52,661 nt of DNA from Fibrobacteria bacterium (GTDB taxonomy: Bacteria > Fibrobacterota > Fibrobacteria > UBA11236), in assembly GCA_043745805.1 (NCBI GenBank), contig JAYTSD010000035.1:1-52661 (forward strand), read 5' to 3'. Both the position numbers and the translations under genes were made by a program. A model generated the notes under the pieces. It was not told the DNA's origin. It saw only the letters and a program-made list of their open reading frames with translations, and did no database searches. Of the stretch, positions 8,981-19,022 are shown piece after piece (the stretch's first letter is position 1; each line of letters starts with the position of its first letter).

Positions 8981-10444
8981 TTAATTCCTCAATTTTTTCT
9001 TCGAGGTTTCATCCATCTGCATAGTATTGGCACCGTGGGCAGATGAGTCTTCCATCATTTGAGAACTCATAGATGCAGAATCTTCTTCAGGAGTAGTTTT
9101 TAATTGTTGCACGGCTGCCTTTAAGTTACTTTCCGAATCAATTAAAAATTGTGCAGAGATCACTAAATTTTCGCCTGAATGCAATCCTGCTAATACTTGC
9201 ACATATTCGCCTGAACTTAATCCCAACTTTAATTCGCGGGGTTCAAAATAACCGCTACCCACAGAAACAATTGCGATATTGCGTTTGCCGGAACGAATAA
9301 TTGCTTGCTCAGGAATTGCTACTACATTTTTCAAAGCTGAGGAATGAATATGTACAGTAGCAAACATTTCAGGTTTAATATCCAGCGAAGGCGTATTCAT
9401 TACTTCAATGCGTATTTCTGCCGTCTTTGTTTGTTCATCAAGTACAGGAGAAATGAAAATCACTTTTCCGGATATGGATTTCCCGAGGCTAGAACTCAAT
9501 TCTATATCTGTTGTAGACCCAATTTTAATATGAGCTATATCCTGCTGATAAATATTGGCCACCACCCATAGCTTAGAGAGATCGGCAATTTTATACAGTA
9601 ACATGCCTGGTATTATGCTTTGCCCATCAACCACCATTTTTTCCAATACAATACCACTAATGGGAGAGGCTATAGATAAGGTATTATTTGCTTTACCCCT
9701 TTTTTCCAAAGCACTGATTTCACTTTGTGCTATTCCCCAATTCAATAATCTATGTTTTGCACTTTCAACTAAGTCACGGGAACCGCTGCCTAGCTTATCG
9801 TCCATACCTTGTGCATATTTTACCGCTTGTAAATATTCTTCTTGTGTAGACACTAAGTCTGGACTATATAAATCGAGTAAGGCTTGGTTTTTCATCACCT
9901 TTTGACCCGTAACATTCACATACAATTTTTCGGCATAACCCATCACGCGGGCATTCACGATAAATATTTTACTTTCTTCCACTTTCACTTTGCCATTAGC
10001 GCGAATTTCTATGGGCAAATCTCGTTGCATCACCTGTTCGGTTTTAACTCCCATATTTTGCACCGTAGTGGGATCGATACGTATTCCCTTAGCGTTAGAA
10101 TCACTTTCATACACCGCCACTAGGTCCATACCACAATCTGGAGATTTACCAGGTTTGTCGGAAGTAATCCATGGATGCATAGGATCGCGATAATAGGCAA
10201 TTCTCTTTTCTTCGTGCGAGCCTTCTTCCATGCCATGATTCTTATCCATCAGAGTCAATTTCATCCCGCAAATAGGACAGTTGCCGGGCTTGTCGGAAAT
10301 GTATTGTGGATGCATGGCGCAGTTATAATTTGCCTTCGATTTTTCCAGCATGACTTCTTGATTTTTATGTTTAGCATTCAAAATTAATATTATTCCGGCA
10401 GTAGCTAATACGATACCTAGTAATAGTCCTATCCACTTTTTCAT
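8981..10444 (-). CDS. cusB: CusB-like RND periplasmic adaptor with two N-terminal heavy-metal-binding domains
   Basis: CAMHPQ...PGNCPICGMKL, DPMHP...PGKSPDCGMDL, LYSPDLVSTQEEYL, QFLIDSESNL. Confidence 0.88.
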   Translation of the reverse strand: MKKWIGLLLGIVLATAGIILILNAKHKNQEVMLEKSKANYNCAMHPQYISDKPGNCPICGMKLTLMDKNHGMEEGSHEEKRIAYYRDPMHPWITSDKPGKSPDCGMDLVAVYESDSNAKGIRIDPTTVQNMGVKTEQVMQRDLPIEIRANGKVKVEESKIFIVNARVMGYAEKLYVNVTGQKVMKNQALLDLYSPDLVSTQEEYLQAVKYAQGMDDKLGSGSRDLVESAKHRLLNWGIAQSEISALEKRGKANNTLSIASPISGIVLEKMVVDGQSIIPGMLLYKIADLSKLWVVANIYQQDIAHIKIGSTTDIELSSSLGKSISGKVIFISPVLDEQTKTAEIRIEVMNTPSLDIKPEMFATVHIHSSALKNVVAIPEQAIIRSGKRNIAIVSVGSGYFEPRELKLGLSSGEYVQVLAGLHSGENLVISAQFLIDSESNLKAAVQQLKTTPEEDSASMSSQMMEDSSAHGANTMQMDETSKKKLRN

Positions 10445-11769
10445 TTATATTCTCCGGTTAATAATTTCTGCTCTATTTCACTTCGGCTTATACCGATGAT
10501 TTGTTCCAAGTCCGCTAGACTACTGAAAAAATTCATCGCATCCATTTCTGTATTCATCTGCGCCATCGACAATATGCGATAAGCATCCAGTAACATTAAG
10601 AATTCCGTTTTACCGCTTTGATAACTCGCTAAAGTGGCATCCAAAGTTTGCTGGGCTTGGGGTAACAAAATATTTTTCGAAAGCTGCACCCGATTTCCAT
10701 TGACTTTTACTTTAAGAAAGGCGCTTTGTGCCTGCGCCATAGTCATGTTTTGCATATTGGTATATTCTGCCTGTGCCTGATTAATACTTGCCACGCTTTG
10801 CGTATAAGCTGCCTTATATTTAGGTGCCGACCACAAGGCCAATGGTATATTCATGCTCACCATTATCGACCAAAAATCCGTCGGAGAACCTTGCATATTT
10901 TTATAAGCACCTCGCACCATAATGTCGGGATAATAATCTCGCAAGGCCATAGTCTTTTCGAATTGACGCATTTCTATTGCAGCCTTCATTCCTTGTAATT
11001 CTGGTTGAAATGTTTTCAGTAGGGCTACAATTTGCTCCCAAGTCCAATCAATAGGAACAGGTTTAAGTGCATGTGTTTTAGCTATAGCATCGTTGAGATT
11101 ACGATTGAGCAAAGCATTGAGCATGCCAGACATGGCATCGCGAGTTTGTACCAAAGTAACACTATCGTTTTTTAAAGTGGTGTATTCAGCTTGGGCGCGT
11201 AAAATATCAGCTTGCTTGCCCACCCCCACCTCATATTGTTTACGTGTGGCGGCGACAAAGTGGCTCAATAAAATTTGATTTTGCTGATTGATTTCCAAAC
11301 GTCTATCCAAAAGATAGATCTCTACCCAATTCATTTTCACTTCACGGATAATTTTTTGTTTTAAGACTTCTAAATCAGCTTCACTCATTCGCGCATGCGA
11401 ATGCTCAGCATCAATGCGCGCAGAATTTTTTCCTGGAAAAGGAAATTTTTGTTGCAAGGAATAGTCGATTTCTTGAGAATGATAGGCTGGATTAGGAAAA
11501 GAAGATACAGGGGTTTGATAAAACTCTACGCCAATTTCTGGATCTTCCAAATACCAGGTATGCCCTGGAGACGCATGAATTGCTTGTACCTGATACGCTG
11601 CCGCCTTAAGACCAGGATTGTTTTTCACCGCTTCCGCGATAAATTGTGGAAGTGAATCCATGGCAGTGAAATCTTGCAGTATATATGTTTGTATACGTTC
11701 TTCCGAAAACGCGGGGATTACGGCAAACCCAGCAAATAAAACGATAGGCCATTTAAAAAAGTTGAGCAT
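10441..11769 (-). CDS. TolC-family outer membrane factor of the Cus-like operon
   Basis: Signal peptide; QKFPFPGK, YEVG...DILRAQ, YQSGKTEFLMLLDA; 4-bp overlap with the adaptor gene. Confidence 0.88.
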   Translation of the reverse strand: MLNFFKWPIVLFAGFAVIPAFSEERIQTYILQDFTAMDSLPQFIAEAVKNNPGLKAAAYQVQAIHASPGHTWYLEDPEIGVEFYQTPVSSFPNPAYHSQEIDYSLQQKFPFPGKNSARIDAEHSHARMSEADLEVLKQKIIREVKMNWVEIYLLDRRLEINQQNQILLSHFVAATRKQYEVGVGKQADILRAQAEYTTLKNDSVTLVQTRDAMSGMLNALLNRNLNDAIAKTHALKPVPIDWTWEQIVALLKTFQPELQGMKAAIEMRQFEKTMALRDYYPDIMVRGAYKNMQGSPTDFWSIMVSMNIPLALWSAPKYKAAYTQSVASINQAQAEYTNMQNMTMAQAQSAFLKVKVNGNRVQLSKNILLPQAQQTLDATLASYQSGKTEFLMLLDAYRILSMAQMNTEMDAMNFFSSLADLEQIIGISRSEIEQKLLTGEYK

Positions 11770-11889
11770 AATAGCTGTCCTTAATTTTTTTTATGAATAA
11801 AATATTTGGAGGGGATATGCTTAGGTTACGGATACCCTAAAGTAACCGCTTCCGTTCCTATCGAAGAGACAAGCTCTCGAAAGAAAATT

Positions 11890-12303
11890 TTAAATCAGAA
11901 GCTGGAGGCTAGTAAGGTAAAGCGGAGGATTTGCAGATATAAGTTTTCTGAATTCGGGTTGGAATGTAAACTTATCAGTAACCGGCAAAGGTAAAGTAGC
12001 GATCACCATCAATGGCATATCAGGTAAAGTAATTTGCTCTGAAACGATTTGCGGTAAACGTATATTCGCGTCTTGAACACAACAGCCTTTTCCCATAGCA
12101 GAGGGAATAGACGAAGATTGCTTTGCACAACAAGAGTGATTTTCAGAAAAATTATTTGAAGATTTTGAAAAAAGCTTTTGAGAAATAAAGTGAACCATTT
12201 TTTTATTCACCGTAACACAACCAAAAGCTTGGTTTCCAAAAAAAACTAACAAGAGGAATAGGCATAAACTTCTTCTAAATTGATGATTTCTTATTGCCTG
12301 CAT
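11890..12303 (-). CDS. Small exported Cys-rich protein ending in PPLYL motif; putative leader ORF of the Cus-like operon
   Basis: Hydrophobic N-terminus, HSCC and GCC, C-terminus SANPPLYLTSLQLLI; a TATAAT lies shortly upstream. Confidence 0.7.
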   Translation of the reverse strand: MQAIRNHQFRRSLCLFLLLVFFGNQAFGCVTVNKKMVHFISQKLFSKSSNNFSENHSCCAKQSSSIPSAMGKGCCVQDANIRLPQIVSEQITLPDMPLMVIATLPLPVTDKFTFQPEFRKLISANPPLYLTSLQLLI

Positions 12304-12413
12304 AATGTCATATTACAACATTATACGAATTCTGACCATAGCTACTTCCTAACTAGGAAATATTATCAATTACCCCCCCCTATTTATGGGTTTTCAATTG
12401 ATTTTGAAAATAT

Positions 12414-13025
12414 TTAAGGTTTAATTTCTTTCACAAATTCACCGCAATCAGGCATAGCTTTTCCTTGATAAGGATTCGCTTTAACTTTTCCTCTTTGCAA
12501 CCAATCAGCACCTTTATTGTCCTTGGCCATGGGGCAATGAAATAAATTTGTCGAATCGACTCCCATCATGCCAATTTTTTCAATCATATTCACTAGCAAA
12601 GGAGTGAATTCGGCAAAATGATTCCGCATGACTGCTATATTTTCGGAAGCGGCCATCGGATGTAGGACTTTCATAAAACCCATTGAAATAGAATCCCAAC
12701 CAGCTTTTGCACTACTATCCAAAGCATCTTCGGGAAGGGTATGTAGAATGCCATGCATTAAAGAAAACTCTTCTGCAGCTTTAGGAAAGTCATCTGCGGC
12801 TAAAGATTTTTGAACTTTTAAATAGCCTGAAACAATATTTCCAATGCCTATTTTAAATGAATCAGGCACAGTATAAGTACGCGATGAAGGGATCGCTTCC
12901 AGTTTTTGCTTTGCTAAAGCGGGTTGTGGAAGTTCAGATTTTTCTTTGCATGATATTGTTACTAATATAATTGCTAATATTAATATGAAAATAACTTTGG
13001 GGAAGTTTAAAACTTTGCTTAGCAT
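12414..13025 (-). CDS. DUF3347-domain lipoprotein (metal-efflux associated)
   Basis: Lipobox VTISC; YLKVQKSLAADD, FHCPMAKDNKGADWLQ, NPYQGKAMPDCG; start at ATG 13025 after AAGGA. Confidence 0.85.
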   Translation of the reverse strand: MLSKVLNFPKVIFILILAIILVTISCKEKSELPQPALAKQKLEAIPSSRTYTVPDSFKIGIGNIVSGYLKVQKSLAADDFPKAAEEFSLMHGILHTLPEDALDSSAKAGWDSISMGFMKVLHPMAASENIAVMRNHFAEFTPLLVNMIEKIGMMGVDSTNLFHCPMAKDNKGADWLQRGKVKANPYQGKAMPDCGEFVKEIKP

Positions 13026-13051
13026 ATTTATTTTCCTTTTACCGTTTACCA

Positions 13052-13510
13052 CTATTTAATTTTGAATTGTTGCTTTAATAGATCGGCTTGAACTTTTAAT
13101 TTCTTAGCCCATTTTTTAGTTTCATCCAATTTCTTTTCATCCGCAGCATCATGCATGGAATCAGTAAGCTTGGCCACATTTTTAATATAACCTTGCACAC
13201 GTTTTTTCTTTGCGGCATCCAAGGATGAATCTCTATCTAAGCCAACAACAGCCTTATTCATGGCTTCTGCGAATTGATGAATACGATTTAACTTTCCCTT
13301 AAGTAATTCATTATTTACACTATCTAAAGACGCTTCCAAGGCATTGATCGCCATGGTGGAACCTCCAACATCTATGGCCTTTGTAGATGCTGAACTTAAA
13401 TGATGCTCCTTATGTGAATCACTCGATTTACTCTCATGCGCCCAAGCCGTTCCAAATATTAAAGTGCCGCTTAAAAGTGGAATTAAAATTTTGGATTTAA
13501 TGGTTTTCAT
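13052..13510 (-). CDS. Exported His-rich helical protein of unknown function
   Basis: Signal peptide ending AWA, then HESKSSDSHKEHH; helical body with IHQFAE and MHDAAD; overlaps the end of the upstream RND gene. Confidence 0.7.
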   Translation of the reverse strand: MKTIKSKILIPLLSGTLIFGTAWAHESKSSDSHKEHHLSSASTKAIDVGGSTMAINALEASLDSVNNELLKGKLNRIHQFAEAMNKAVVGLDRDSSLDAAKKKRVQGYIKNVAKLTDSMHDAADEKKLDETKKWAKKLKVQADLLKQQFKIK

Positions 13511-16500
13511 GATTTTCTCCTTGAGTGATGGTTATTGATTGATCTTTTTTTTGTGCTAAAATTTTATCTACAGCCTTGCGCCCGAAATTTTTAAAAAGTG
13601 TTGGAACAAGAGCCACATTCATTAGTGTGGAACTAATAAGTCCTCCAAAAATAACTACGGCCACCGGATAAAGAATTTCTTTACCTGGCTCGGAAGGCGA
13701 AAGAATTAAAGGGATAAGCGCGAGTGCAGCCGTTAAAGCCGTCATTAAAACTGGAACTAATCTTTCTTGAGCTCCACGAATAATCATGGCCTCATTCCAT
13801 TGCTCACCTTCTTCGCGCAATAAATGCAAGTAATGGGAAAACATCATTATGCCATTGCGTGAAGATATTCCGCATAGTGTAACAAATCCCACTAAGGAAC
13901 CGATGGAAAAAGTTTTAGTGGTTAACCATATTGCAGCTACTGCACCAATTAAGGAAAAAGGAATATTGAGCATAATCAAGCCTGCTAAAGTAGCTGAGCG
14001 AAAATGCATGAACAAAGCCAAAAACATTCCGATTAAAGAAAACCCACCGAGTATAGTAATCATTTTTGAAGCTTGTTTTTGACTTTCGAATTGTCCGCCA
14101 TACTCCACGAAATAACCCGAGGGTAAATGAATTTCCTCATTAATTTTTTTCTGGATTTCTTGCACTACCGATCCCAAATCCCGTCCACTGGTATTGCATT
14201 GAATAACTATGCGTCGGCGCACATTCTCACGCAAAATTTGATTAGGGCCCATAGCGGGCAAAATCGTAGCCACTATATTTAAAGGAATTTGTTCTCCACT
14301 CGGAAGAACAATAAGTAATTCACCCATTCTCTCTATACTGCTGCGACTCGCGGAATCTAATAAAACCACCAAGGCAAAACGTTTTTGATCTTCAAGCACT
14401 TCAGAAACTTTTTCGCCTCCCAAGGCTGTTTGAATAAGAGTCGTAAGATCTCCAGCTTGCAAGCCATAACGTTGTAATTCTTCTCTATTCAGTTTTATCG
14501 TAACTTGTGGAACCAGTACTTGTTTTTCAACAGAAAGATCCACTACTCCGCGAATCGATTGTAATTCTTTTTCAATCTCTTCAGCCTTGTTGCGTAAAAT
14601 ATTTAAATCATCTCCAAATAATTTAATGGCCACTTGCGCACGAATGCCGGATAAAAGATGATCGATGCGATGAGAAATAGGTTGCCCAATATTAACGGAG
14701 ACACCTGGAATTTGATCTAGTTTTTGGCGAATATCTCCCAGAATATTTTGTTGTTTTCTTTTACTGGGTTTTACGTCTACATCTATTTCCGTAGAATGCA
14801 CGCCTTCAGCATGATCATCTTCTTCTGCGCGACCGGTTCGCCTTCCGGTGGAAATCACTTCAGGTACTTGCAAAATTAACTTTTCGGCAATAGTCCCAAT
14901 ACGATCCGATTCAGGCAAGGATGTTCCTGGCGGCGATAAAATATTGATTGTGGCCGTACCTTCATTAAAGGGAGGGAGAAATTCTTTTCCCAAAAAGGGA
15001 AAGGAAATCACCGCTATGGCCAGTAACATAAAGGCTATGGCTAAAGCTAGCCAAGGTTTGGAAAGTGTGGGTTTAAGGAAGATTTTTATATTCCATTTTT
15101 TTAGAAATCTCACTAATGGCCCATCTGCTTTATGTAAAAACTTGGTTTTGGGAAGCAAATAAGCACAAAGCGCAGGGGTAACTGTTAGGGATACCACCAT
15201 CGAAGCCAATATGGAAATGATATAGGAAATACCCAGCGGCGCAAATATTTTTCCTTCTATGCCTCCCAATGAAAACAACGGAATAAAAACCAGTACTACA
15301 ATCAACGTGGCAAAAACAATGGAGTTACGAACCTCCGAAGAGGCTTTATAAATCACCGTCACAAAAGGTTCGGGAATAGGTTTTTGCTGATTTTCCTTAA
15401 GGCGGCGAAACACATTTTCCACATCGACAATAGCATCATCTACCAATTCCCCAATGGCTACCGCCATTCCACCCAAGGTCATGGTATTAATAGAGAGTCC
15501 ATAAAACTTAAATACCAAAGCGGTCACCAACATCGACAAGGGAATAGCGGTAAGCGTGATGAAAGTTGTTCGGAAATTAAGTAAGAATAAAAAGAGAATC
15601 AGTATGACCAGAATACTTCCGTCACGCAAAGCATGTACCACATTGTTGATGGCGGTTTGAATAAAATTGGCTTGCCGAAAAAGTTTTGCATTGATCTGTA
15701 TCTCTTTGGGTAAACTTTTTTGTAATTCCGCTAAAGCGGCTTCTATAGATTTTGTCAATTCAACCGTACTTGCTCCCGGTTGCTTTTTCACGCTCATAAT
15801 AACTGCGGACTTGGCATTAGCGCCAGCCGTACCGCGCTTGGGCGCTGCACCATAACGAATATCGGCAACTTGTTCTAAAGTAATAGACTGCCCGTCTTTA
15901 AAAGCGACAACCGTGGTTTTAAGATCTTCAATATTTTCCAGTCTTCCAATATTGCGCACCACCGATTCGGTATAACCCTGAATTAAAAATCCTCCGGTAG
16001 AATTGCTATTTGATTTTTTAACGGCTTCTTCTACTTGTTGCAGGGTAACATTATTTTGCTTGAGTTTATCAGGAGAAACGAGAATATGGTATTGCTTAGC
16101 ATCACCTCCCATAGAAATCACTTGTGACACACCTGGAATACTGAGTAGTCTTGGCTTTATTGTCCAATCGGCAAGTGTGCGCAAATCCATAGCTGAGGAA
16201 GAATCACCACTCACACTGATAAGCATGATTTCTCCCATGATTGAAGAAATCGGACCCATTTGCGGATTCACGCCCGAAGGAAGATTTTCGCGCAAACCTT
16301 GAATTTTTTCCGCTACAATTTGTCTGTCGATATAAATATCAGTGTTCCAATCAAATTCCACAAATAAAATGCCGAGGCCCGGTGAAGAAACCGATCGCAC
16401 TCTTTCAACCCCCGTAGCCCCATTCATAGCAGTTTCCAGAGGATAGGTTATCAAGGCTTCAATTTCTTCAGGCGATAATCCTTCCCCTTCAGTAAAAATG

Positions 16501-16643
16501 GTTACCGTTGGTCGATTTAAATCAGGAAACACATCAATAGGAAGTTTTCGAATAGTATAGGTCCCATATAACGTTAATAAAACGGCACAAGCTATAATCA
16601 AGAGCCGATTACGTAAGGAAAATAAAATAATGGAATTAAGCAT
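13497..16643 (-). CDS. CzcA/CusA-family heavy-metal RND permease (divalent-cation type likely)
   Basis: DVFPDLNRPTV, GELVDDAIVDVEN, GRAEEDDHAEGVH, ERLVPVLMTA; 1048 aa; lacks the CusA Met triad contexts. Confidence 0.9.
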   Translation of the reverse strand: MLNSIILFSLRNRLLIIACAVLLTLYGTYTIRKLPIDVFPDLNRPTVTIFTEGEGLSPEEIEALITYPLETAMNGATGVERVRSVSSPGLGILFVEFDWNTDIYIDRQIVAEKIQGLRENLPSGVNPQMGPISSIMGEIMLISVSGDSSSAMDLRTLADWTIKPRLLSIPGVSQVISMGGDAKQYHILVSPDKLKQNNVTLQQVEEAVKKSNSNSTGGFLIQGYTESVVRNIGRLENIEDLKTTVVAFKDGQSITLEQVADIRYGAAPKRGTAGANAKSAVIMSVKKQPGASTVELTKSIEAALAELQKSLPKEIQINAKLFRQANFIQTAINNVVHALRDGSILVILILFLFLLNFRTTFITLTAIPLSMLVTALVFKFYGLSINTMTLGGMAVAIGELVDDAIVDVENVFRRLKENQQKPIPEPFVTVIYKASSEVRNSIVFATLIVVLVFIPLFSLGGIEGKIFAPLGISYIISILASMVVSLTVTPALCAYLLPKTKFLHKADGPLVRFLKKWNIKIFLKPTLSKPWLALAIAFMLLAIAVISFPFLGKEFLPPFNEGTATINILSPPGTSLPESDRIGTIAEKLILQVPEVISTGRRTGRAEEDDHAEGVHSTEIDVDVKPSKRKQQNILGDIRQKLDQIPGVSVNIGQPISHRIDHLLSGIRAQVAIKLFGDDLNILRNKAEEIEKELQSIRGVVDLSVEKQVLVPQVTIKLNREELQRYGLQAGDLTTLIQTALGGEKVSEVLEDQKRFALVVLLDSASRSSIERMGELLIVLPSGEQIPLNIVATILPAMGPNQILRENVRRRIVIQCNTSGRDLGSVVQEIQKKINEEIHLPSGYFVEYGGQFESQKQASKMITILGGFSLIGMFLALFMHFRSATLAGLIMLNIPFSLIGAVAAIWLTTKTFSIGSLVGFVTLCGISSRNGIMMFSHYLHLLREEGEQWNEAMIIRGAQERLVPVLMTALTAALALIPLILSPSEPGKEILYPVAVVIFGGLISSTLMNVALVPTLFKNFGRKAVDKILAQKKDQSITITQGENHENH

Positions 16644-16649
16644 GCTTTC

Positions 16650-17612
16650 TCATTTCGCTTTGCTATCCGTTTTTAAGTTTTTGTCATTATGGGCAGAATT
16701 TACTTTTGCCTTGGCGAATTGCAATTGATAATTACCTTGGGTAACCACAATGTCACCTGGTGATAAACCCTCCACTGCCTCAATCCATTTGTCATTTTCA
16801 ATACCAGTAACAATAGAGGTACGGGTATAATTATTGCCGTCTTCTACAAAAACAAACCGTTCGCCACCCGAGCCTAATACGGCCATCTTGGGCACTACAA
16901 TACTTTCATCTTCTTTATCGGTTAAAAAGAAAACATTAACTGTCATATTTATTTTCAATTGCTCATTATTATTCTTGGCCCTTAACCATACATCTACCGT
17001 GCGGCTTTGGGTATTGACTTCGGTTCCAACAATCTCCACCTTACTGGCTAAATCCTTATTTTTTAATCCCGGTGAATAAATCCTAGCCGACATACCTTTT
17101 TTTATTTTTCCAATTTGCGCTTCATACACTTGGGCTACCGCATAGACTTCACCATAGTCTGCTATTTCAAGCAGGGAAGTCCCTATTTCCACCGCATCGC
17201 CTTTAATCACCTTTAGCTTCACTACTTTACCATTGCGAGGTGCAGCCACGGCGATGCGTATGGGTGTTTCACTTAATTGACTCGATTCTATAAGGAGTAA
17301 GGTTTCACCTTTTTTCTTCGTTTGCCCAAGCGAAATCATAATATCTACTACTCGCCCAGCAATTTTACTGGAAACATTTTCCCGCGTTCCCGCAATGGCT
17401 TGAATAGTACCCGAGGATTTAATGGTTTTTTCCATCGCCTGAACCGTAACCTCAGCGGTTTGGATTTCCAAATTTTGTTTTGCCTCAGGGGAAAGTACCA
17501 AGGGTCCATTCTGTGTGGCTTGTTCCGAAGGCGCATCATCATGCCCTGCATGGGCAAATATTTTTTCACCGCATACTATCAAACTCACTATTAATATCAT
17601 TAATAATTTCAT
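16650..17612 (-). CDS. RND periplasmic adaptor (CzcB-like)
   Basis: Signal peptide followed by AHAGHDD; lipoyl-like halves; GLSPGDIVVTQG. Start may be 17612 or 17633. Confidence 0.85.
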   Translation of the reverse strand: MKLLMILIVSLIVCGEKIFAHAGHDDAPSEQATQNGPLVLSPEAKQNLEIQTAEVTVQAMEKTIKSSGTIQAIAGTRENVSSKIAGRVVDIMISLGQTKKKGETLLLIESSQLSETPIRIAVAAPRNGKVVKLKVIKGDAVEIGTSLLEIADYGEVYAVAQVYEAQIGKIKKGMSARIYSPGLKNKDLASKVEIVGTEVNTQSRTVDVWLRAKNNNEQLKINMTVNVFFLTDKEDESIVVPKMAVLGSGGERFVFVEDGNNYTRTSIVTGIENDKWIEAVEGLSPGDIVVTQGNYQLQFAKAKVNSAHNDKNLKTDSKAK

Positions 17613-17626
17613 TATTTTCTCAAAGC

Positions 17627-18841
17627 CTACCATGATTTACCTCCGACCATTCTACCTAATAAATTCCATTGTGCATAAAATTCTGCTTGCACACTCAGCG
17701 CATCCATAGCTTGTGTCAGAGCGTCCTCTTGCACTTTCGACAAATCGAATATTCCTAATAATCCTTGACGAAAACCTTTTTCCGAAAGGCTCATTTGTTT
17801 TTGACTGAAGGCCAAAATATTGCCTTGATAATTTTGGATTTTATTTTTTAAATAGCTTAATTGGGAATGCGCCTGTATTAATTCTAATTGCAATTTTCTA
17901 GCTAAAGCCTTTTTTTGTAATTCGGTGCTACGCCATTGGCCATTCGATTTAGCAATGCCCGCTTGATTATGATTAAATAAAGTTAAAGGAAATTCTATAG
18001 CCCCTCCTATCAAATTTGCGCCTTCCGTTTCTCTTTCATAACCTAAGGATAAATTGAATGAAGGCTTGCCTATATTTTTTTCTAAATCCACTTCAGCTTT
18101 TTTAAGCTGAATGCCTTGCTCCAAGATTAATAAATCAGGATTCGCCTCCATCATCCAAATGTTGAGAGAATCTAAAGCAGGAATTTCCGGTAAGGAATCG
18201 ATTGTTTGTAAAGCCATTGAATCCAGCGCTTGTTTATCGCCTATGAGGTAAGCCAGTTTATTTTCTATAACCGTCATTGCATATTGAATTTCCATTTCAC
18301 TTTGTTTTGCTTTGGCTAAATTAAGTTGTGCTTGTGTCTCTTCCACCTGAGAAATCTTTCCCTCGGCCATTTTTGCCATGGTAATTTGGGAAAGCTTTTC
18401 CCAACGAATGGTGACTTCTTTTTGCATTGCTTTTTTGCGAAATAAAATTTGCCACGTAAAATAATGGCAGCGAATTTCTTGCTTGAGATTTAATTCTCTA
18501 GTCTTTTGTATGGCCTGTTTCGAAAATATATTGGCTTTAAAAACTTGCATTTTTCCATTCACCAAGCCTGGATGAAATTCTTGTGATAGCTTTATCCCCA
18601 TTTTAGGTTTATCCGGATTTTCAATATTATGCATCACGTCTAAGCTTAATTGCGGATTAGTCCATAACTTTGCGGTAACGGTATCTTGAACCGCCATCTC
18701 TGTTTCTTGTTGGGATAACTGTAAATCCAAATTGTTTTTCAGCCCCCTATTTATAAGGCTATCTAGATTTATGCTAGCTGAATAAAGTCCAGAAAAGCTC
18801 AGTAAAATGGTTGTTGCGCTAAAGCGCCAAATCGTGTACAT
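17627..18841 (-). CDS. TolC-family outer membrane factor (CzcC-like)
   Basis: Signal peptide; NPQL, EGKISQVE, PLTLFNHNQAGI, GFRQGLLGIFDL; GAAGGAG SD. Confidence 0.85.
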   Translation of the reverse strand: MYTIWRFSATTILLSFSGLYSASINLDSLINRGLKNNLDLQLSQQETEMAVQDTVTAKLWTNPQLSLDVMHNIENPDKPKMGIKLSQEFHPGLVNGKMQVFKANIFSKQAIQKTRELNLKQEIRCHYFTWQILFRKKAMQKEVTIRWEKLSQITMAKMAEGKISQVEETQAQLNLAKAKQSEMEIQYAMTVIENKLAYLIGDKQALDSMALQTIDSLPEIPALDSLNIWMMEANPDLLILEQGIQLKKAEVDLEKNIGKPSFNLSLGYERETEGANLIGGAIEFPLTLFNHNQAGIAKSNGQWRSTELQKKALARKLQLELIQAHSQLSYLKNKIQNYQGNILAFSQKQMSLSEKGFRQGLLGIFDLSKVQEDALTQAMDALSVQAEFYAQWNLLGRMVGGKSW

Positions 18842-19022
18842 GCTTCAGTTACTCCTTCAAGTAAGCCAAGAAAAATCAAAAAGATGGAGGGGAATAATGA
18901 GTTACGAATGACGCTTGATTTACTATAAGCTTTAATCGAAGCTTAATTAGCAATCAATGAATCAATCTTTACATCAACCCAAAGAAGCTGAAAGTCAACT
19001 TCCTTAAATTGATTCTGGGGAT

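Noticed and set aside
11806-11994. 62-aa + strand ORF across the leader/TolC spacer
   Set aside because: TTG start with no SD, antisense to the leader ORF; the conserved signal is better explained as an mRNA element on the minus strand.
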